Positions 1 through 10,912 of a stretch of DNA of 64,000 nt are shown piece after piece. The translations under genes were made by a program, and so were the position numbers. The notes below the pieces were generated by a model. That model searched no databases, was not told the DNA's origin, and saw only the letters and a list, made by a program, of their open reading frames with translations. Source of the DNA: Trypanosoma brucei (taxonomy: Eukaryota). The DNA is taken from positions 832,001 to 896,000 of the forward strand of contig CP000071.1 of the NCBI GenBank assembly GCA_000002445.1, in the 5' to 3' direction. Positions within the stretch are counted from its first letter, which is position 1; every line of letters starts with the position of its first letter.

Positions 1-3000
1 TCTTCTTTTCTTTTTTTTCCCATCCTTTTCCTTTTTTTTTGCTAGTTTTTGATCCGCTTTGCCTTTGCATCTTATCTTTCCATTGCTCCCACTTTTTTTT
101 TATTGTTTCTTTTTTTTTCCCCCTGTTGTTGTCACCATTATTATGTCATGTTATGTCATCGGTACTACGACAGTTGCATTATGATAGTTATTATTTTTGT
201 TCTTTCTTTTTTGTTCTCGTTTTGTGACGTTGATGTTTGGTTTCATTTTTATTTTTGCGGTTACCTTTTTGTTTTTATTCGCTTTTTTTTTCCTTTTTGG
301 TTTATTTATTTGTACTTGGTGAAAAGGAAAAAAAACAAAAAATATATATATATATAGATACAGAAGCAGAGGAAGAGAGAAAGAGAGAATGAATGAATGA
401 ATGAATACGATGAAGAAGATATTGGAATAGAGGTGGAAAGGGAGGGGGAAAAAAAAAAAAGAGGAAAGGGTGACGCGGTTGAGTTGACGGTAAACAAAAC
501 AGAAACGATAAGAAAAATAATGCACAAAATTCTTCCCCTTCTGTTCCTGTTTTTCGTTTCTTTGTTTGTTTTGTTTTGTTTCGTCTTCTGTTTGGTACCG
601 CATCACCCGTTACCATGGCCCTCAATATGTCTTTATTATCATTATTATTATTATTATTATTATTACTATCCGTTACTGTTATCCTTCATTGGCATGATGT
701 TTTTCCGCCGATATTTCACATCTTTTCATTGACTCTTATTATTTTTCACTTCATCCATGCCGACTCTGCAGTACTTGTAGAAATTTCATTGAAACAGTAT
801 TTTGACGAAAAGGAAGCAAGAAAGTTAAAAATTAATGTAATGTAATGCAATGCAATGTAATGTAATGTAATAAAAAAGTAATAACAATGACAAACCTAAT
901 AACTATCATAATTATAAGAGAAATTGAAAGAAAGGACAAGGTAGGGTGGAAAAGGAAGCAAAAGAGGGAGAAGGGGGTGAAAAAAAAAATTAATTGTTTA
1001 AGGCTTGAGAAGGGAAAACGGCACTGTAGTAGAGAATGAGAAGGAATAAAAATAAGTGCGTGAGTAAATGGATGAATCAACAACTAAGTGAATGAGCATT
1101 TTCATGTACACAAAAAAAAAAATGAAAAGACGTGTTTGACTCACAAAGGGGAGGAAGAATAGCATGAAAGGTAAATATTTGTGTCAGAATAAAAAAGAAA
1201 CTAAGAATAAAAAAGAAATAATAACAATAATAAAGTGAGGCAGAAAATGATGTTTCCACACCATTGGGATTGTTAAATGTTGCGATTTGGAGAGGAGGGA
1301 ACGCGTGTTGACTGACGTGGTGATGAAAATTTTTTTGTTTTGTTTTGTTTTGTTTTGTTTTGTTTTGTTTGAGGGTCACACGTGTTCCACAACTCCTCCT
1401 TTTGTTTTATTTTGTTTCCGCCCTCCCTCGTTCCCCCTTTCTGCGTTTCCCCTTTTTTTTTCTTTTTTTTTCTTTTTTTTTTTCTGTTTTCTGTTTTCTG
1501 TTTTGTTTTGTTTTTTTTTTTTGCATCCCATCGATTTGAGAGTTATAAAAGACGAGGAAAAGCGGAATGTTTCTCGTGCGACGAGAGCTGGACATGTAAA
1601 ACACAAAGGGAAATTAAGGAAGTAAATAAAAGTAAAAAAAAAAGAAAAGAAGAAAAACGAAAAAGAAAAAAGGAAAAAGGAAAAAAAAAAGCACCCGAGT
1701 GGGTAGAGGATATGCTGGCAATAGTGTGGTCAGTTTATTTTAAAGAGGGAATATGTGGAGGGAAGGGAAATTTTTTGAATATAAATATTTACTCCCACAA
1801 CATGCCGGAAATATATATTAATATTTGAAAAAAAAAAGAGAGAGAGAGAGAGAAAGAAAGAGATGGATTGGAAGGTAAGGTAAGGTAAAGAAGTAAAGTG
1901 AATGAAGCGCGTTGATAATAAATTAAGAGGAAATAAAAAATGTGAAGGATTTGAAGAAGTTTTGTTGGTGCTACTTTCAAGTGAAACTAAACAAAATATG
2001 TGAAGGACGTAATCAATATTTATTTGTTTGTTTGATGACGCTTCTATCCATCTGTCTTCCTTTTGCTTGTAATTTCACTTTTGTATTTTCCCTCCTTCCC
2101 CTCATCGTTTGTTTTTTCATACTTTTTTTACTTTTTTTTTGTGTTTGTATGGTTGGTTGTTCCGCGTATTGCGTTTAAAAAAAAAAAGTATTGAATAGCA
2201 TTGTCGTTCGTGGACCTGGCGCCCTATTTTTTTTTGTTTTTTTTTGTTTTGTTTTACTTTATTTTCACCTTGGATATGGGCATATGATACAAATAAAATA
2301 ATAATTAAAAAAGGGGAAGTGAGGCTTAGTGAACAAACGAAAAGGAAGTCAAATGAAATAATAATTTCTTTATTAAAGTGGTAAAAGAACAAGAATGACG
2401 TTAACGATGAAATGAGCTCCACATATGTCAGGTACTTGAAATCACGTAAAAGATAAAGAATGATTTAAAGGAAGATTAGAGAATATGAGGAGTTAGAAAA
2501 GAGCAAGTAAGTAAGGGTAAGTATATTCTAAGGGAAATGCTACTTGTACTTATAATTAATGACAATAATAGGGAGGGCAAACCAAATATATATAAATATA
2601 AATAAAGATATATATATATATATATATACATATATTTGATTAAAGGAGCGAGAGAAAAGGGGGGGCAGAAACGAACAAAATAAAGTTAGTGAAGGAAAAA
2701 AGAACTGAATAATAAGGTGCTTTCCTTACCGCATTTGTGAGCCACCCCTCATCCCCACATGTACGAGAGCATTTTTCATCGTTTTCGTTCCTCAACAAAC
2801 TTTTGTGCGATGAGGTGGTGGATGAGGAGTGGCAGTGCCAAAAGTAAACAAATGGATCTATATTTCCATTTTTGTTACTTATGAATGTTCACACCTTATC
2901 TTGTTTTTTTTTAAGTTTTCAGCCTTTTTTTTTCGTTTTTTTCTTTTAAATTGTGTGTGTGAGCTCTTTTTTTTTTTTACGCTTCCTCCCACCCCCATTG

Positions 3001-5400
3001 CGGGATCCGCTTTGCAAAGAGGAAATATTTTGAGGTATGTGGAGGGCTCCCGTGTCCTCATATATGTAAGCAGCGCTTTTTTTTCGTTATGCTAATTTGA
3101 AAAGGAATTTTCATGTATGTACATAGTTAATATAAAGAAATATATTTATATATTTATAATATACAATATATACAAGAAATATACATACATGTTTCTGTGA
3201 CCGTCTATCTAACTGTCTGACCATCTAATTGACTGACCGACTGGCTGTTTGTTTGTTGTTTTTTTTTTTTCGTTTGCGTGTAAACATAGATACATCATAA
3301 TGGAGTGGCCTCTCATGTGTATGTGCGGGTGCATCCATGTGTGCATGTCTCGTGTTTCCGTTTATTGTCATTATTATTGTTTGTATTCCTTGTTTCGCAC
3401 CTTGTGTGTGTTTGCTTGTTCGTGTTCGCCTACTTTTTTTTTTGCTTTTTTTTTGTTTTTGTTTTTCCTCCTTCCCTTTTATGTGAACCATGGCTATCAT
3501 TTCTTATTATTACTGACATTATAGCTATTGTTATTGTTTACTGTTGCTACTGACATTCCTCCCTGGGTGAATTTCAATTATTTGTGATCTCCTTCTCGTG
3601 TTTTTCCCCCATCTTCTTCAGTCTTTCCTTTTTCTTTTTTTTTGTCTGCTTCGTGTTGACGTTAGTTTTCTGTTTTTGATGTGCGTGCAGTTTTTGTTGT
3701 TTCAACTAAATTAATTTTTCTGTTTTTTCCTTGAGGTCCTGCGCGCGGTGGCGAGAAAAAACAAAAGTAAATGTCAAATAATGGCTGGTTTTTCGACAAG
3801 GTTAACAGAATTCAAAAGGAATAAACAGTTTTTAAAAGAGAAAAAAACGGTGAAATATATATATATATATATATATTTAAAGCTGACAGATATACAAATA
3901 CGTGTGTGATCCTGTGTGATTGTGTGTTTGTGCTCACATTAGAAAGTAAATAAACAAATTTAATGTGCTTTTCTGCCGTCGAAACTTCCCTCCGCTCCCG
4001 TGTTTTGTCTTTGACGTGATATGCAGTGTGCGGATGAGGTTGTTACCACTTTTCTTTTTGTTGTTGTTGTCGTTTCTTCGCTTTTTTTTGGGGGGGGGTT
4101 TCAGTTTTTGGCTTTTGGCTTTATTATTGCCGCTTAATGGATGGAGAAGGGAGAGGGAGGCGATAGAAGCAAAGAAGAGTTCTGTTTGTTTGCTCGCTGC
4201 GGACTTCTGTTCACTTTGATTTAATATCCGGAAAGGAGCAAAAAAAGAAAAGTATAATTCATTTGACATTTCTTGAGCAAGTCGTACAATGAGTGAGCAT
4301 ACAAATACTTGCAGCATCCGTTCTCTTCCCTCCTTAATCTTTCTCAGACTCTTCCCCTGTCATCTACTTTATTGTTTATTGTACTGTTCCCTTTCTATTT
4401 TGTTTCTGTTTTCGTTTGTGTTTGTGTTAAATCCGATAATCATCAACAGCATCTAACCGGTATTTTGTTTTATCCGTGGTAACGAAAAGAAAAAGAAAAA
4501 AGAGAGACAATAATATATCTCTGTTAATGCCCACGTTAAACTATATATTTTTGTAGGAAGGAGAGAAGAGGGTATGGACCTGCTAAGGGAATTACATATT
4601 TGTTCCCTTCTGTATGAACCACACTTACCTACGGTTTTTGTTGTTTTTTTTTTGTCTTTGTTCCTCTTGTTTTGGTTTGGTTTTTTTTTTTGGTTTCGTT
4701 TCGTTTCTATTTCCTTTTTTTCTATTTGTTTTACGTCTTTGATTGTCTCGTTGCGCGGGAAGAGGAATACGAGTAAGGGGAGAGAACAGAAGAAAAGAAA
4801 AGGAGACAAGAAGAAAAAGGAAATTTTGTTTATTCCTTATGCTTTCAAAACTCTTTTCCCGTATCAGTGTGCGTGTACGTGTGTGACTGCCTCGATACAA
4901 CTGGTTTCACTTTCGTGCCCTATCATCTGCTCCTTCTCTTTACCTCTTTTTTTTTCTTTTTTCTGTTCCTTTCATTCTGCTCTCACGTTCAACAACCACA
5001 CAGTGAATTTTATTATTTATTAACTTTATTATTACGACAATATATATATATACGGTCGCTACTGTTAGCTTACCGTCAATATCAGTAACCATGTCACGCG
5101 GTTCACAAATGTTAAATTTAATAACAGTAATAAAACGAATATACAATTGAATAGACGTGCAGAAGTTTCGAAGTTAAGTCGAAAGAGCAAAAAAGTTAAA
5201 GAAAAAAATATGTAGAGGGTGGAGCCAACAATAACGTATGGGAGGAATGAATGTGCTTTATGTCCGTGACGGAGGCGTAAAATGATGATGAACTGAAGTT
5301 ATGGAAACTAACAAAATAAGGGAAAGGACATATATATATATATATATATGCGTGCATATATTGTGCCGGAAGGAAGCGGAAATATACACTGAAGCGTACC
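1..5400. repeat. AT-rich, gene-poor low-complexity region dense in microsatellites and homopolymer tracts: (GAAT)5 387-406, (TTA)n 634-667, (TGTAA/TGCAA)n 833-872, (TTTTG)8 1331-1371, (GA)n 1829-1860, (AT)n ~2605-2632, 3857-3878 and 5327-5350, many poly-T/poly-A runs
   Basis: Direct reading: no ORF with protein-like composition. Track ORFs are F/L/K-rich translations of T/A runs. Confidence 0.7.
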
Positions 5401-5645
5401 GGTCAAAAATTGAAAGTGCGGAACCCCGCGTCTCCGCGTAGTGTCACCTGTTATCCGCGCATTTTCTTAGTGTCTCTGCTTTTAGCGTTGCACATCACCT
5501 TTGCAACAACCGAGTTATCGCCGTTTCACACCTGTGGCACAGATTTTCGTGGCTCCTTCATGACACTTATGCTCACTTTACATCTCACCTGCCGTTTTTC
5601 ATCAAAAGTAAAGACCTTCCGTAGGGATGTTGAGGAACGAAATGA

Positions 5646-6092
5646 CGAAGTATTAAGTCTGTCGTCACTGCGGACAGCTTCTGGCGTGGCACCAAAACAC
5701 TCCTACTGAAAGAGCTCAGTGACGCCGCGCTCGCCATTTGTGAGGCAGAGGGCCACAACGTCCAGTGCCTCGTGTACGATCGGTCCAAACGGGAAAATGT
5801 TCCCATGACAGAGGGCCGCGATGCGTGGTACAGCGACGTTGTAGAGACCCTCACGGCAAGTGAGCTCGCGGATTGCCCCGTTGTATGGATTGGGGCGGAG
5901 GATCCCCTTTTCCTCTTGTACACCTCTGGCAGCACTGGTAAACCCAAGGCAATCTTGCATACGCTGGGAGGTTACAATTCACTTTCTGTAATATGGTGCG
6001 CACACAGAATGAACTGCAGTTTCACCGCAGGGGGGCTGCTGTATTTTCCTGGTCTTGAACCAAATTTGCGCTCTCCACGGCGGAGACACTAG
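5646..6092 (+). pseudogene. Acetyl-CoA synthetase (AMP-forming acyl-CoA ligase) gene relic: about 150 codons of the central region, no start, bounded by stops
   Basis: Frame ending at 6092 translates to ...VVTADSFWRGTKTLLLKELSDAALAICEAEGHNVQCLVYDRSKRENVPMTEGRDAWYSDVVE...[34 protein letters not shown].... This matches the Acs region ITADEGVRAGR...DWQEGRDLWWRDL...[27 protein letters not shown], including the adenylate-forming motif [10 protein letters not shown]. In-frame stop at 5643-5645; homology decays after about 6080. The track start 5772 is a GTG. Confidence 0.55.
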
Positions 6093-6300
6093 ACACACCC
6101 AACCCGGTCTGCGTTCGTCTTTGACCTCCCGTTTCAAGGGTGGCACGGCATTGATTATTTACCTCTGCCATTTGGAACGGTCAGGCCATAATGTTCGACT
6201 CGCTCTCCTTAACCCCCCCTCCCCCACCTGCAGTCAGTCGGTGCCATGTTCGCCGTTGAGCGAAACTGATTTTTTTTAAGGTGAGTGGTGTTAACCTCTA

Positions 6301-6350
6301 TTTTCGTGCCCTTTGTCTCCAATCCCACACTGTCTCTGCTGTCTATTTAG
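6301..6350 (+). promoter_or_regulatory. Polypyrimidine tract plus AG dinucleotide (candidate trans-splice acceptor) 12 nt upstream of the EF-hand gene ATG
   Basis: ccctttgtctccaatcccacactgtctctgctgtctatttAG at 6311-6350; ATG at 6362. Confidence 0.4.
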
Positions 6351-6361
6351 GAAGCCAACGA

Positions 6362-7459
6362 ATGGGTTGTCTCCCTCCCGACGATTTGGGGCCGTTTGTT
6401 TCAGACCATGTTGATGTTAACGAGGCGGAGCCTGTTCCCCTGAGTGACGAGGACCTCGATCTACTTGTGCGGTACTCCCTTCTCCCCACTGATGTCGTGA
6501 GAGAAGCGTGGGCCGTCTTCAACCACTACCGTGTAGTAGAGTGCCTCCGGGCCCAGCAGCGCCATTACGCTATGACAGGTCATTTACCACAGAAGTCAAC
6601 GGTGTCCATGTCAGCGAGGCCGTTTCCGGTGGCGGAATGTGGTGGGAAGCTCTTCACAACTCCGGTTAGGGCCGCCAGTGGCGATTGCAACGCGGTGAAA
6701 GAGGAGGAGAAGGCTCCAGTTAGTCCGAGAGATTGTGTGACCGGTGAAAATTCAGAATGCAGAAAGGAGGAAGTGGAGGTGGCGGTTTTGGGCGCGGAAG
6801 GCCTCCGGCAATTCTTTGAGGATACCGGAGCGCCGATCCCCACGCTTGAGGTGACTTCCTTTCTTCGGCGGATGTCACAGCCCCCTGTAGAGTACTTGCT
6901 GTACCAGCGTGCACTGGAAGAGAAACTGACTGGCGCTGCAGCAGCTGCTGCACCTCCCAGAGAGGAATCGCCAGGGGTTGGCCAAAGAAAAAAGTCTCCA
7001 CAAACTGATCAATCGAAGCACAACAAAGGCCAAAGTGTAGGGCGTGGTCAACGACCGAATAACAACACGAAATCGCTGAATATTCTCGTTGATGACCACA
7101 TCGACCTGTTGGAGGAACAGAGGGGTTCTGGAGGGGAAACGGTGACATTTCCGCTTTTCCTCTACATCTTGTCGAATGCTGAGTTGGGAAAAAATTTCAC
7201 CGCTGATGTCCGCGAGAGTGAAATAAATACCTTGTTTCGGACATTAGACGTGGATGGTGATGGCGTTGTTTCCGTGGACGATATCCAACGGCTACTGGAA
7301 GAGCGGTGCTCACTTGGAGACACGTTGTATGAGGACCGTGACATTCGGTACCTGCGAGGAATGAACCTAACTGAGCTGAAGGCTGCGCTGCGGGAGTGCG
7401 ATGTTGACGAGGACGGGGCGGTGAGACTAAACGACTTTCGCTCAGTTTTGAGTTCGTGA
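6362..7459 (+). CDS. EF-hand calcium-binding domain protein (365 aa) with two C-terminal EF-hand loops
   Basis: First ATG after the AG acceptor (MGCLPPDD...); the track ORF 6281 starts at GTG. Canonical EF-hand loops DVDGDGVVSVDDIQRLL and DVDEDGAVRLNDFRSVL near the C-terminus. N-terminus starts M-G-C. Confidence 0.6.
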   Translation: MGCLPPDDLGPFVSDHVDVNEAEPVPLSDEDLDLLVRYSLLPTDVVREAWAVFNHYRVVECLRAQQRHYAMTGHLPQKSTVSMSARPFPVAECGGKLFTTPVRAASGDCNAVKEEEKAPVSPRDCVTGENSECRKEEVEVAVLGAEGLRQFFEDTGAPIPTLEVTSFLRRMSQPPVEYLLYQRALEEKLTGAAAAAAPPREESPGVGQRKKSPQTDQSKHNKGQSVGRGQRPNNNTKSLNILVDDHIDLLEEQRGSGGETVTFPLFLYILSNAELGKNFTADVRESEINTLFRTLDVDGDGVVSVDDIQRLLEERCSLGDTLYEDRDIRYLRGMNLTELKAALRECDVDEDGAVRLNDFRSVLSS

Positions 7460-7870
7460 GCTATACACAGCATTAGTTTCCTAGAGTATATGCAATTACC
7501 GGAGATCTCCAATTACCCTTACATATATATATATTATTTTTTCGACTCCTTTGTGAGTGGAAAAATTATGTGTAGGGTAGCAGGAGCTGAACTAATGTAT
7601 AGAACGTGGGTAAGAACATGGAAAGAAGGCAGTAACCGTCGTGAAAATGTTGTGCCGATGTGCACATTTGTGAGGCCTGATTTGTACTCGTCAGACGTGA
7701 GGGTCTACACCTCTGTTATACGCTGCGCTCACTCGCGTCCCCTATCTTATCCTTTATTTCTTTCACATCCGCATTCTTTCATTTTCGTTTCTTTTTTTAT
7801 TTTGCATGATGTCTTGTTCACGATAATCAATGTTAACCACCAATTTATCGGGTGGAGGGTCTTTGCAGAA

Positions 7871-10477
7871 ATGGGTGTCCCATTACTTCTCACTTGGTTA
7901 AGGCGACGGTTTGCGGCGTGTTTTCTCCCTAGCAACAGTAACGTGAGTGCCGACTGCTTGTACATCGATGTCAATGGACTGGTGTACCAGGCAGCCACCC
8001 TCGCTACTTCTGGTGGCGGGGACCCAGCAGACATCGAGGCAGCCATTCTGCGCAGACTGTTTGATCTCCTGGACGACATTGTGTTACGTCTCGTCCGGCC
8101 GCGCTCGCTGGTGTATCTGGCTGTTGATGGTATTTCACCCATGGGAAAACTCGCCCAACAGCGCTCACGACGACGACGGCGACGACGCCAGGACCCGCAT
8201 TCACACGTTCGTACCACGGAATGGGACAGCAACAGCATCAGCGTTGGAACGTCTTTCATGTCATCTCTGACGGATGCACTGCACTTTTATTGCGCAAGTC
8301 GCGCGGAGCGCATAAATGTGGAGCGGCTTCGTGAGTATAAGCAACGTGACGTTGGGAAAGACGTTGCAAGCGCTGGTTTCCCAGCCAACGAGAAAGCAGC
8401 ACCCTCGCTCATTACGTTTGTGTCAGATAACGTGTGGCGTCCCGGTGAGGGCGAGTCGAAGATCGCAGATGCCATACGGCGCTTTCGCTCGCAACCAAGC
8501 TATGATCCAAACACCGCGCACGTCATTTGTAGTTCAGACACGGATGTGACTGTGTGTTCTCTGATACTACACGAACCTAACATTCATGTACTGCGCTATG
8601 AACATGTTTCAGCTAGCACCGCCAAAGGTGGCAACAATAACTGGCAAACCTACGCAGGCGACAGCTGGGCGTCCACATTCTTCAGTATCTACGCTTTCCG
8701 TGAAGAACTTCGACTAAGGCTCCGGATAGAGCAAACTCGTAGTAACACTATGTCGGCTGAGGAGCTGGAAAAACTCAACAAACAGTTTGAGGCTGCTCTT
8801 CATGACGTGGTGTTTGTGTTGCTCTTGTTTGGAAACGACTTTTTACCATCCGTCGGATGTCGAATTGAGGAGGGCTTTCTTGACAGTCTCCTGGAGATGC
8901 TCGCCACTGACTTCGTTACACGGGGACGATCTATCGTTGATCCAGTTACTAACACCATTCAATTCGATGCTGCACGATACGCCCTGGAGTCTCTCGCAGA
9001 GATGCGCAACGAGCGTTCGAGTGGGCTCCAAGTTGACAACGGTGCAGAAGGTGCCGCAGATTGGGGGTTCGTTAATGAACAATTTCTGCAGCGGAAGGCA
9101 GCAGAGGAGGCAGAGAAGGCGCCTTGGTGTTACGCCTATTGGACAATGCTGCAGTGGTCACTGCAAAACAGCGCTGGTGTCGTGGAGCACTGGGGTTGCT
9201 ACTACCCCTATAGTACCGCGCCCCCGTTGCATCTGCTTCAAAAGTACTGCGGAACACTCTCATATGATGCCCTGATGGAGTTAGCGGAGAAGAGGAGCCG
9301 TAGGAAAGTTGGCCACCACAATCGGGCCCACGATGGGACTAACTCAGGCTCAGGGGAACGGGGGGTGAGGCTGCGGGGACCGGGGCCCACCGACGTGCTG
9401 GTGCAGCTGCTCGTCCTTCTGCCTACTCGTAGTATCGCGCTGCTCCCAACTGCAGTGCGAAAGGGATATTCGGAAATTGAGCCCATTGTAGTTGCCCCTG
9501 TGGAGGAAATCGACTTTGCTGCAGTCCAAACGTGGTGCGCAACGAAACGGGGGTTGTTCACGGAGGAGGAACGCGTGCGGTTCGATGCGTACGCACTCGC
9601 CGCGAGTGACCATCTGGTTGCGGGCGACGTGCATGCAAAATGTGTTCGGGGAAACGAGATGCTTTTTGTCGCTGACTGGAATGCTGAGGAGCTTGCCGCG
9701 GAGTTGAGAGAACTCGAGGAAATAGTGCAAGGTGGGGGTGGCACCCGCAGTGACGGATCGTCCAGTAGCAAAAAGCAGACAGACACCCTAAACAGTGCAA
9801 CCGGCGTTTTCACGTCTTTTTTCTCTGCGAGAAACGCAGGAAAGACATCGGCAGCGGTAGCAGCCTTACTTAGCGCCCCGAAATTCTCCAGAAATATCGG
9901 AGAGGGGGGCACCGGCAATGCCGACACTGTCACCACAAGCAGCGGCATCCCAAATATAAATGGCACCTCAAACAACACCGATAGAGATGTCTTACAGCAA
10001 TCGATTGACGTCGACGTGCTGAGTGCCGCAAACTTCACCTTTCATACTGTTTCGACATCAGCACTAAAGGGTGAATCGATGGTCCGTCGGGTTGGTAACA
10101 TCACTGGGGACACCTTCGAGTGTGGTTCGTACAGCGTCGGTCCGTTGTCGCGCAATCAGAAAACGATGCGCGTCAGATTGCGGTGGCGCGTTGCGTCCAG
10201 GCCGCCCCGAGACGCTGCACCATTTTTGCCGTATTTGCTTTCAGGCTTGAAGCCCCGGCAGAAAAGTGCAGAAGGTGATGGAACCGCCGGAAAGGAGGGG
10301 GTGAAGCGCCCCCGGTCGGAGGTAGCCAAATCGGCGGGGGATGATGACGCCAAGAAGAATGTTTTCGACGACTTCACACAGCAAACAATGTTACACGATA
10401 CCTTGCAGGAGAAAAAAGAGGCCCTGCGACGCCGTCTGGAGGCACTTCAGGGGGGAAATGCCACCCTGGGGACCTAA
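7871..10477 (+). CDS. XRN-family 5'-3' exoribonuclease (869 aa)
   Basis: MGVPLLLTWLRRRF...CLYIDVNGLVYQ matches the invariant XRN N-terminus (MGVPxFFRWL...NLYLDMNGIIH). LVYLAVDGISPMGKLAQQRSRRRRR matches XRN AIDGVAPRAKMNQQRSRRF. ATG at 7871 lies 3 nt after ttgcAG with a polyY tract 7776-7800. The track ORF extends upstream to 7490 only because there is no in-frame stop. Confidence 0.8.
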   Translation: MGVPLLLTWLRRRFAACFLPSNSNVSADCLYIDVNGLVYQAATLATSGGGDPADIEAAILRRLFDLLDDIVLRLVRPRSLVYLAVDGISPMGKLAQQRSRRRRRRRQDPHSHVRTTEWDSNSISVGTSFMSSLTDALHFYCASRAERINVERLREYKQRDVGKDVASAGFPANEKAAPSLITFVSDNVWRPGEGESKIADAIRRFRSQPSYDPNTAHVICSSDTDVTVCSLILHEPNIHVLRYEHVSASTAKGGNNNWQTYAGDSWASTFFSIYAFREELRLRLRIEQTRSNTMSAEELEKLNKQFEAALHDVVFVLLLFGNDFLPSVGCRIEEGFLDSLLEMLATDFVTRGRSIVDPVTNTIQFDAARYALESLAEMRNERSSGLQVDNGAEGAADWGFVNEQFLQRKAAEEAEKAPWCYAYWTMLQWSLQNSAGVVEHWGCYYPYSTAPPLHLLQKYCGTLSYDALMELAEKRSRRKVGHHNRAHDGTNSGSGERGVRLRGPGPTDVLVQLLVLLPTRSIALLPTAVRKGYSEIEPIVVAPVEEIDFAAVQTWCATKRGLFTEEERVRFDAYALAASDHLVAGDVHAKCVRGNEMLFVADWNAEELAAELRELEEIVQGGGGTRSDGSSSSKKQTDTLNSATGVFTSFFSARNAGKTSAAVAALLSAPKFSRNIGEGGTGNADTVTTSSGIPNINGTSNNTDRDVLQQSIDVDVLSAANFTFHTVSTSALKGESMVRRVGNITGDTFECGSYSVGPLSRNQKTMRVRLRWRVASRPPRDAAPFLPYLLSGLKPRQKSAEGDGTAGKEGVKRPRSEVAKSAGDDDAKKNVFDDFTQQTMLHDTLQEKKEALRRRLEALQGGNATLGT

Positions 10478-10912
10478 TTTCACGATTTTCTCCTCTCTTA
10501 CCATGTGCTCATTTCTTTTATCCGTTGCCATCATCGCTTCCGGGCATGACAGGAGGAAGGGGTACAACGCGGTGTTAACTATAGTCTGAGCTTCGCCCTC
10601 TGAGTTGCTGCACCCTAAGGGTTTTCCCTTATTCTAGTTACATGGTCTTTTTTTCCTTCTCGTTGCTCTTCGGCTTCCGTAATCATATCTCCACCGCAAC
10701 ACGCTGGAGGGATTTTGTGTGGTTTATGGGAAGTAAACAAAAAAAGAGAAAGATAAGGAATAGTGCTAGTGTTACTTTTTTCTTTTTGTAAAGGAAAATT
10801 ACTAAACAAGGGGGAAAATAAAGGCTGTCTGCACGCTGGTATATTCGTCTTCCAGCATACGCATACGTATCCAATTTGATTTCATCCTCCATCATCACCC
10901 CTCCATTACAAA

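Noticed and set aside
7490-7870. Upstream 127-codon extension of the XRN ORF as drawn in the track
   Set aside because: There is no ATG-initiated conserved sequence. XRN proteins begin with MGVP, which is at 7871 directly after a polyY-AG acceptor. The extension exists only because there is no in-frame stop.
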